Assembly: GCA_018985225.1 (NCBI GenBank)
Contig: JADGIF010000202.1
Span: 1 to 14,945, forward strand
Source: Amoeboradix gromovi X-113
Taxonomy: Eukaryota > Fungi > Sanchytriomycota
Direction of reading: 5' to 3'
DNA length: 14,945 bases
Within the stretch, counting starts at the first letter, position 1, and every line of letters starts with the position of its first letter. Shown piece after piece: positions 8,711-14,945 of this stretch. Both the position numbers and the translations under genes were made by a program. The notes beneath the pieces are model-generated. The model searched no databases. It worked only from the letters and a program-made list of their open reading frames with translations, and was not told where the DNA came from.

Positions 8711-9550
8711 TTATTCTTTTACACTTATCGAGACCACCTCTTGATGCTTGCTAGATGTTTTAAGCGGATTCCCTTTAGAAATATGAAGAGATAACTCTGT
8801 GTTATCTAAGCTTTCTTTTGATCTTGTTGACAATTCTAAAAACAAGAAACAGAATGTTATTGCACAGCCTAAGCTAGATTTGAGCACCATCTCTATCTGG
8901 TTATTATGGGCTCCATCATTCTCGTCTGTAATGTATCCAAGTAAGCAACCGATTTTGATTCCACCAGTAACAAATACGCATCCTATTGCAACCTTTTTAA
9001 CTATCTGCATTCTACTATTTTCTTTAATCAGCTCGTTGGTATTAATGAGCTTAATTATTTGGTGAAATGCTATCGCACTTACAACAAATCCAAAAAGATT
9101 CGCAAATACATTTGAATATGGATTTATAAAAATTTCAGCAAATCTTGAAGACTCTTCTTTGCAATGAAAACTAAAATCTACCAATGAGCAAAACTCCGCA
9201 GCAACCAGCGCTACAGTAGATAGTGTTACAACAATCTTTACTCTCCTGCTGAGAAAAACGAAGATTCGACTGAAGGGCGCCAACATTTGAAAAATTGATC
9301 CAAGTATCATAAACACTTGCACTGTATATGATTTCACTTTACAGCTCTCATCCGGTGTATTTGGCGCACCAAAGTTAACCCAATTCGAAATTATAAGAAA
9401 TACATTTGAGATGACAGCAATGGAATTAAATCTCCAGTTTCGCGCTATTAAAATTGGAGATGCGAGACACGCCATCATGTTAGCCATTATAGCGCATCCG
9501 AATGATATATAAAAAGATTCATCATATCCGCGAAGTAGATCTTCTGACAT
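8711..9550 (-). CDS. 7-transmembrane GPCR-like protein, paralogue A
   Basis: Seven hydrophobic segments, Cys at the start of TM3 and in the TM4-5 loop, Arg at the end of TM3 and a Ser-rich tail. About 55-60% identical (hand count) to 10262-11107. Confidence 0.7.
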   Translation of the reverse strand: MSEDLLRGYDESFYISFGCAIMANMMACLASPILIARNWRFNSIAVISNVFLIISNWVNFGAPNTPDESCKVKSYTVQVFMILGSIFQMLAPFSRIFVFLSRRVKIVVTLSTVALVAAEFCSLVDFSFHCKEESSRFAEIFINPYSNVFANLFGFVVSAIAFHQIIKLINTNELIKENSRMQIVKKVAIGCVFVTGGIKIGCLLGYITDENDGAHNNQIEMVLKSSLGCAITFCFLFLELSTRSKESLDNTELSLHISKGNPLKTSSKHQEVVSISVKE

Positions 9551-10261
9551 TTGTTTAAGAGTGTGGCTTTTTTTCCGATAAATATGAGACCTTAGGAATG
9601 TTTAAGTTGATGTCTTACACAACTGTTATGAAGCTATCTTAAAAGAGATACCCACTGTAAAACCACACCTACTGATTACATAGCATTATCCCATATTTCT
9701 CAATTAAAAACAAAGCGAAGGTTTTTACTTTTATTCGTCGTTTGCTAGTGGGCACTGAATCACTTGAAGATTTTTGATTAAGCTTTTCGCATTTCTATAC
9801 ATGACTACATCACAGTGGCCCCTACCGTAGAATTGGACTACCAATAGATCAGTTTATTGTTAAGAATACTCTAAATACCTCAATGGCTGTACCAAAAAAA
9901 TTTATCCTTAGGCAGATCGTTTTCCTATCAATAGTCTCGGCAGAAAATCCAAATCATTTTGCGAAAACGTACTTTGCGAAGCCATTAATTTATTGTTTCG
10001 GTCGGCGTACCAGTTTAGCATTAATGTGATGCAATTTGTTCATATATCAATTACGCCAATGTACAAGTTGTCTCGTACTTGATAGAGGCATGAATACATT
10101 CGTAGAAATAGAACAAATTGTAAAAAGTTATTTTTGCACCTAGAAGAAACAAGAGTGGCAAGAAATGAGCTTTGATGCGGCGATTCCCTTGGGACGCCCA
10201 CTATACGCATCAATTAAAACCCTATTCAGCATGATTTATTTAGTCCCGCAAGCCTCAATCA

Positions 10262-11107
10262 ATGTCGGAAGTATTTTTTCGTGGATTTGATGAAGCTTTT
10301 TATATAGCGTTTGGGTGCGCTATTATGGCCAATTCGGCAGCATTAGTTGTATCGCCAGTCTTGTTACTACGTGACTGGAGAAAGAATTTATTGGCTGTGT
10401 TATCAAATTTATTTTTGATAGTTTCAAACTGGACTAGTTATGCTCCTAGACACAACTCATCTCTTGGATGTGAGATCAAATCATATACCATACAGGTGTT
10501 TATGATATTAGGATCACTCTCTCAGGTATTGGCACCTCTTAGTAGATCATTTTTCCTATTGGAAAACAAGTACAAAAAAAGCGTTATAGGTTTGATTTTT
10601 TTACTGACTATTGCTGAATTTTGTTCACTTGTTGATCTTAATTATAGTTGTGACGAAGAATCATCGAGATTTGCAGCCATTCATATAAATCCCTATTCCA
10701 ACGTTTTTGCAAATCTGCTTGGGTTCTGTATATATGCAATAGCGTTCTATCAGGTAGTCAAGCTAATCAACTCCAGTGTACTAACTAAGGAAAACAACAG
10801 AATGCAAGTTGTCAAGAGAATATCTATAGGTAGTATTTATTTGACTGGCGCTATAAAAATTGGATGTTTAGTTGGATATATAATAGATGGAGACGGTTAC
10901 AATGGAGAAGGTGACAATGAAATAGAAATGACTTTGAAGTCTTGTTTAAGCTGTGCAATAATATTTTGTTTCTTGTTTCTAGAATTATGTACGCGGGCAA
11001 AGGATAGCGTAGAAAACTCGGATTTGGCTCACCAGCATAGTAAAGGAAACGGCTTTACTAGCTCAAACAAGAAGGAAGCCGTAGTATCCATTAGCGTAAA
11101 AGAATAA
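10262..11107 (+). CDS. 7-transmembrane GPCR-like protein, paralogue B
   Basis: Colinear with paralogue A, sharing FGCAIMAN, QVFMILGS, AEFCSLVD, EESSRFA, INPYSNVFANL, IKIGCL, FCFLFLEL and VVSISVKE. Confidence 0.7.
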   Translation: MSEVFFRGFDEAFYIAFGCAIMANSAALVVSPVLLLRDWRKNLLAVLSNLFLIVSNWTSYAPRHNSSLGCEIKSYTIQVFMILGSLSQVLAPLSRSFFLLENKYKKSVIGLIFLLTIAEFCSLVDLNYSCDEESSRFAAIHINPYSNVFANLLGFCIYAIAFYQVVKLINSSVLTKENNRMQVVKRISIGSIYLTGAIKIGCLVGYIIDGDGYNGEGDNEIEMTLKSCLSCAIIFCFLFLELCTRAKDSVENSDLAHQHSKGNGFTSSNKKEAVVSISVKE

Positions 11108-12149
11108 GTAAATAAAAGTTAATGACATTGTTGTTTTTAGTCCTCAAAAAGTCAACTTTGATTATAATTTAACAAGTATTGATTCAAAGAGGCGACAATG
11201 TTAAAGCGCAAACATGAGTAACACATTTAACAACTTATAGATACTTTCGTAAATTGCGCTATTAAGATATTCAATTTTGAAGTTAAAAGATGCAAAAAAC
11301 TACGAAATTAGAAATAAATTTGGGCAAATCACCGGTAATTAAAATGCTAGACTAAAGAACTCAACACAATTATTGAGGACAAGTTGAGCTAGGATGGCTA
11401 TTTATTTATGCCCGAATCATTAGGACCGACTGAGTTATCTGAAAGAAATGTGACTTGGATCGTGATTTATAATACATTCCTGAGACCTTTATACAGATTG
11501 AAAAGGTGATTATTTTATTATTTGTATAAAAGTTTTCCAAATAAGTAGAATATCTATAAATAAAAAATTTCAAATTCAAATGATTTGAATCAATAAAAGG
11601 AATAATATCATGAAAGAAGATCGGTAATGGTTTCCATTAAAATTAAATTAGTGATGTGACTCAACAAATGACAATACATGCACTATAATATTTACAGAAG
11701 ACAAGATTCGAATCTTTATCTCAAGAAGATAATCTTTTGTCACTTACAATACAACCTGAATACCAACAAGGTCTCTGTCTTCTAAAAATGAATGGAGAAA
11801 AAAAATCTGAACAACAAAACTTATAATTATTTCTCACCATATCATACAAACAGTAATTTCAAAGAAAATTCTTCCACATATGGTCGCAGAGTTGATACCA
11901 GCATAGCTATTCGCTGTTACATCTCCAGATTTAGCTCACATCCCAAAATTTGATGAGAATAGCAACATTTTTCGCAAATAGCATTATATTCATCATGCGT
12001 GACACGAGGGCCATTTAGACGATACTTGAAAGAGTTGTGTATTGTGAAATTTAAGCATCATCCTGGTCCGGTTTTTACTTGCCAATCCTAGAAATTCGCG
12101 AAAAAAAGACTCGAAAGGTGATTGACATCTCGGAGACACCTACAAGGTG

Positions 12150-12650
12150 TCATCTATTCCATACGGCAAAACTCATTAAGAGTCCAGATTTCCGAGAAAA
12201 TCGAGAATTTTCCACAGAGAAACTAGCAGTGCTAGATTCTCCATTACAGTGATTGCTCACGCTTGCACTACCCTTAGGCGGGATTGAATAAGTATAGATA
12301 TACTTAATGTATATGTTCCTTGCTGCCATATGGTCTCTATCTATTTCTAAATAAAACTTGGTACAAGCGTAGCTTTGTAAGTTGGTTTTCTTTAGAGTAC
12401 CACACCTTGTACATGTCTGACTAGTGAATGCGTCAGTACATTCAACCATCGTCCTACCTCTTTGTTTACACTTGAACTTCAAGGGTTCCTGGAATAAATT
12501 GTGCAGATATTCCTTTTCCGGCATTGAAAGACATCTAATTGTTCCATATTTGGACCAGTTCCTCAGTGTTAATGAATTTATGTTGTACCTGCTAGTTATT
12601 TCTTTAGATTTGACAAATTTGGGATTACATCCATTAATTCCATATATCAT
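12150..12650 (-). pseudogene. In-frame fusion remnant: IS607 TnpA MerR-like HTH (aa ~12-48) + Fanzor2/TnpB Zn-finger and RuvC-III (aa ~50-117)
   Basis: FVKSKEITSRYNINSLTLRNWSKYGTIRCLSMP fits the IS607 TnpA HTH pattern (TLRxW..xG.I..ir.P). HNLFQEPLKFKCKQRG..VECTDAFTSQTCTRCG..YACTKF.LEIDRDHMAARNIYIK fits the TnpB/Fanzor C-terminus. The fourth Cys is replaced by Phe (TTT, one change from TGT). The serine-recombinase catalytic domain and RuvC-I/II are missing, and the last ~45 codons read into noncoding sequence. Confidence 0.85.
12160..12290 (-). ncRNA. Putative Fanzor omegaRNA (scaffold ~12290-12180 plus flank-derived guide ~12179-12160)
   Basis: Lies immediately 3' of the DRD..AARNI coding end. 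Contains a GUGA-GCAA-UCAC hairpin (12249-12260) and a long stem AUGGAGAA-U-CUAGC-ACU-GCUAG-U-UUCUCUGU (12214-12244) whose G-U pairs form only on the minus strand. Further short stems occur at ~12170-12211 and ~12270-12284. Confidence 0.6.
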
Positions 12651-12723
12651 TTCTGGAAAGGAGGAATATAGAGCATTTAAGCTATTGAAAAAGTCTTGAA
12701 ATTATACAAAAATGCATACCAAT
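12177..12723 (-). mobile_element. Non-autonomous, internally deleted IS607-like / Fanzor2 element
   Basis: Contains a TnpA HTH fragment, the Fanzor/TnpB C-terminus and a structured 3' region. Boundaries are inferred from the joined-flank copy at 7314-7350, with AA/TT present at both junctions (12178-12179 and 12721-12722). Exact ends are uncertain. Confidence 0.78.
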
Positions 12724-13923
12724 TCGCGATAAATGATTTATTCAAGAAAACAATCGAACTGTCTAAAAATAAATAATTTCACATGCACTTTATATTTAAG
12801 CTACAAGTTAATTGCAAAGATAAACACCCAGAAGTCACCCATAAAAGCTAATATCTCTCAAAAATGTGTCTGCTCGAAATCCAAATCAATCCCACACAAT
12901 ATCAACTGGAACGCACCTACACCATAAAGTCCGTGTTTAAATTTTCACAAAGTGGCGAAGTATTCCGTACAATAAGACTATTGACAGCAGTCATTTATGA
13001 CTTTTACCTCATCCAAACTTCAAAACACAGTATTGATGTTGTAATGGCAATACTGGTTCTTCAAGGAAATAAAGGCTTATAAAAAGCAAAGTTGAAGTCG
13101 TTGATCAATAAAGTGAGTGCGCAAGAGCAGGTACAAAGTTGTGGTACTAGACTAAAATACCATGTAGATTTACAAGTTTAAACGTAATTGTTCAAACTTT
13201 ATGTTAAATTATAGTAAGCGAAGCTCAATATTAACTTGGGTGAAAGGCTCTAAAAACAGAATAGAATTAAAAAAGTACGTATTGTTATAAATTTGGATAA
13301 CGTCACTTAATTCCCAAAGATGATACTATCAACTCAGGCAAAAATATGCTTAGACTCTATCTATACAACTTGTCTACACTTAGGAAATGAGAATTTAGAA
13401 TTCGCTTAGATCTTGGCATTTAACGCATGCAAGATTGGGTTGTCCAAATCTTCCAATAGTTATGATACCTCAGCAAAGTCCCTAAAGCAGATAGACTTTG
13501 AAGATCAAAATTATTTCGATGACTCCGGTGAGATAGCAATCTTTGCTTTTGAAAAATGCTCCAGAATTTTTTGTTGAAAATAATTGTTTTTTCCAAGTAG
13601 AATGCATTTATTTAACATTTGGGTCAGCTATATATCATTTCTCATATGATGAAAAATTCTAAGGCGTTAACGAAATCACAGGCATGCTAGCAGCAGAATG
13701 AGAAGCCGCTGTACTTGAATTTATTTTATCAAAATTATTGGAATTATTTACACAATTATTTAGGAAACAGTTTAATCAAAGGTGTAACAGCAATGCTAGT
13801 ATTCAGACTCAATAGCAGAAAATCAGGACCAATAATTTGAGTATGTAACAGGAATGAGGAGACTGAAAAGTCTAAAACTGTCCTGAGAATTAGAACTTAA
13901 GAGTAACAAGACAAAAAGCTAGA

Positions 13924-14670
13924 ATGAAAGCGACTATATTTATTCAAATGATGATGGGACTTCCGACAATCGAACCACAGATTGTTGGTACTGCAAGCAG
14001 TGCAGACAACAATTTAAAAAGCGATGTACAGAAGTTGGTCGAGTTCATTAATAATGTAAGTGGTGAAGCTGCAAGGATGAACAGACAAACTGGTTATAGA
14101 GCTTACGAGGTACCTTCCAACCCAACTTCACACGACTTTAATCGTTTTCATGACTTGGCGGTAATTTACAAATTCACAAATCCTTCTGCCGCCTCAAGTA
14201 ATATTGATGAGATCATCAAAACTGATTTGACCGCACTTAATGACATGAAAAATAAAGTGGCTAAATTCAATGAAATAGGGCTATTTTTACCAGCGGTATT
14301 TGATAATGAGCGTGCAAAAATAGAGTTCAATCCTGTAACTACGGATTACAGAGAATTGATAGAAAGCAAAGAGAAAGAAATAAGAAATATCCTAGAGCAC
14401 CACGAGGGAAAAAGTATGGAAAGATATCCACATGAATACAGTAGATTAGAATCATTTATGAAAGAATATTACCGTGAGCCTGCACCTTTGACTCCCATGA
14501 GAAGGGTTGCAAAATTTTTCGAAAGTGTCTTTCCTGCACATCAAGCTGGTACATTTTCTCCATCTAGAAATACAGAACATTCTCCACCCCGTAGTAGAGG
14601 CTTAACCACACCTATAAGGACACGCAGTAGAATGGTAATTTCATCACCTACAAATAAACACCCATTTTAA
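13924..14670 (+). CDS. Hypothetical protein (248 aa), possible short signal peptide, disordered S/P/R-rich tail
   Basis: 747-nt ORF in AT-rich DNA running from ATG to TAA. No family recognised. Confidence 0.7.
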   Translation: MKATIFIQMMMGLPTIEPQIVGTASSADNNLKSDVQKLVEFINNVSGEAARMNRQTGYRAYEVPSNPTSHDFNRFHDLAVIYKFTNPSAASSNIDEIIKTDLTALNDMKNKVAKFNEIGLFLPAVFDNERAKIEFNPVTTDYRELIESKEKEIRNILEHHEGKSMERYPHEYSRLESFMKEYYREPAPLTPMRRVAKFFESVFPAHQAGTFSPSRNTEHSPPRSRGLTTPIRTRSRMVISSPTNKHPF

Positions 14671-14712
14671 AGCAGCTTTATGTTTATTTAAAAGATTTAC
14701 ACTCTCTTTTAG

Positions 14713-14945
14713 CTACTGTTCCACTTCATTTTCACCCTCATCGTCCTCGTCTAACATCTCTAATCCAAGTATGTTCTCATTCTCTTCTAGATCTAATATA
14801 GTAAATGTAGCAATCACAAATCCTAGATAAATCCATATACTGTAGTAATTCTGGAATGTAGCAATGTGAATATCGAAAATCTTATTTATCATTTGAAATC
14901 TCCACTTGGGACACACTCTGTAAAAAGTAAACTGGGGGTAAAAAA
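14713..14945 (-). CDS. 3' end of a hypothetical membrane protein (partial, runs off the window)
   Basis: The frame is open to the window edge (FYPQFTFYRVCPKWRF...), with hydrophobic YSIWIYLGFVIATFTIL and an acidic tail. Stop is TAG, with a minus-strand AATAAA ~25 nt downstream. Confidence 0.55.
   Translation of the reverse strand, partial: FYPQFTFYRVCPKWRFQMINKIFDIHIATFQNYYSIWIYLGFVIATFTILDLEENENILGLEMLDEDDEGENEVEQ

Noticed and set aside
452-9065. Antisense or nested ORFs (452-745, 773-955, 1581-1775, 1787-2011, 2084-2272, 2481-2684, 3774-3992, 4222-4458, 7544-7756, 8080-8460, 8799-9065)
   Set aside because: All lie within well-supported genes and show no recognisable motifs; shadow ORFs.
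11922-11945. SPDLAHI as a Tc1/mariner SPDLNPIE motif
   Set aside because: Only four residues match, and no other DDE motifs or inverted repeats were seen.
12150-12650. Functional novel HTH-nuclease fusion protein
   Set aside because: It lacks RuvC-I/II and the fourth Zn ligand and runs into noncoding sequence, so it is best read as a decaying deletion product.
12093-12729. 9-bp direct repeat AATTCGCGA (12093-12101 and 12721-12729) as a target-site duplication
   Set aside because: IS607-type elements are not known to make 9-bp TSDs, no terminal inverted repeats are visible, and the joined-flank copy at 7314-7350 explains the boundaries better. Not fully excluded without other copies.
12424-13082. 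Short plus-strand ORFs 12424-12699, 12733-12927 and 12864-13082
   Set aside because: The first is antisense to the Fanzor remnant. The others are short and overlapping with no family signal. A decayed minus-strand gene ending in GAATAAA near 12740 is possible but unsupported.
1-14945. CRISPR array, tRNA or rRNA genes
   Set aside because: No regularly spaced repeats, cloverleaf or rRNA signatures were seen by eye; an Rfam/tRNAscan run would be needed to exclude divergent RNAs.

Overview
AT-rich, very compact eukaryotic DNA using the standard genetic code, most likely from an early-diverging fungus or other holomycotan (inference from gene content, 22-69 nt spacers and near-absence of introns). 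The left half is a tightly packed housekeeping block: ARL2, CTF4/WDHD1 (split by an apparent 19-nt spliceosomal intron), a rhomboid protease, RPL34, NIF3, a miniature Csm1/Pcs1-like protein and a Sel1-repeat protein. It is followed by a head-to-head pair of paralogous 7TM GPCR-like genes. The gene-poor right part holds the main finding: a ~0.55-kb internally deleted IS607/Fanzor2 (TnpB-family) element on the minus strand. In it the TnpA MerR-type HTH is fused in frame to the Fanzor Zn-finger/RuvC-III tail, followed by a strand-specific structured region that looks like an omegaRNA. The sequences on either side of this element occur joined together ~5 kb away (7314-7350), like an empty or target site. 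An orphan ORF and the 3' end of a membrane-protein gene close the window.
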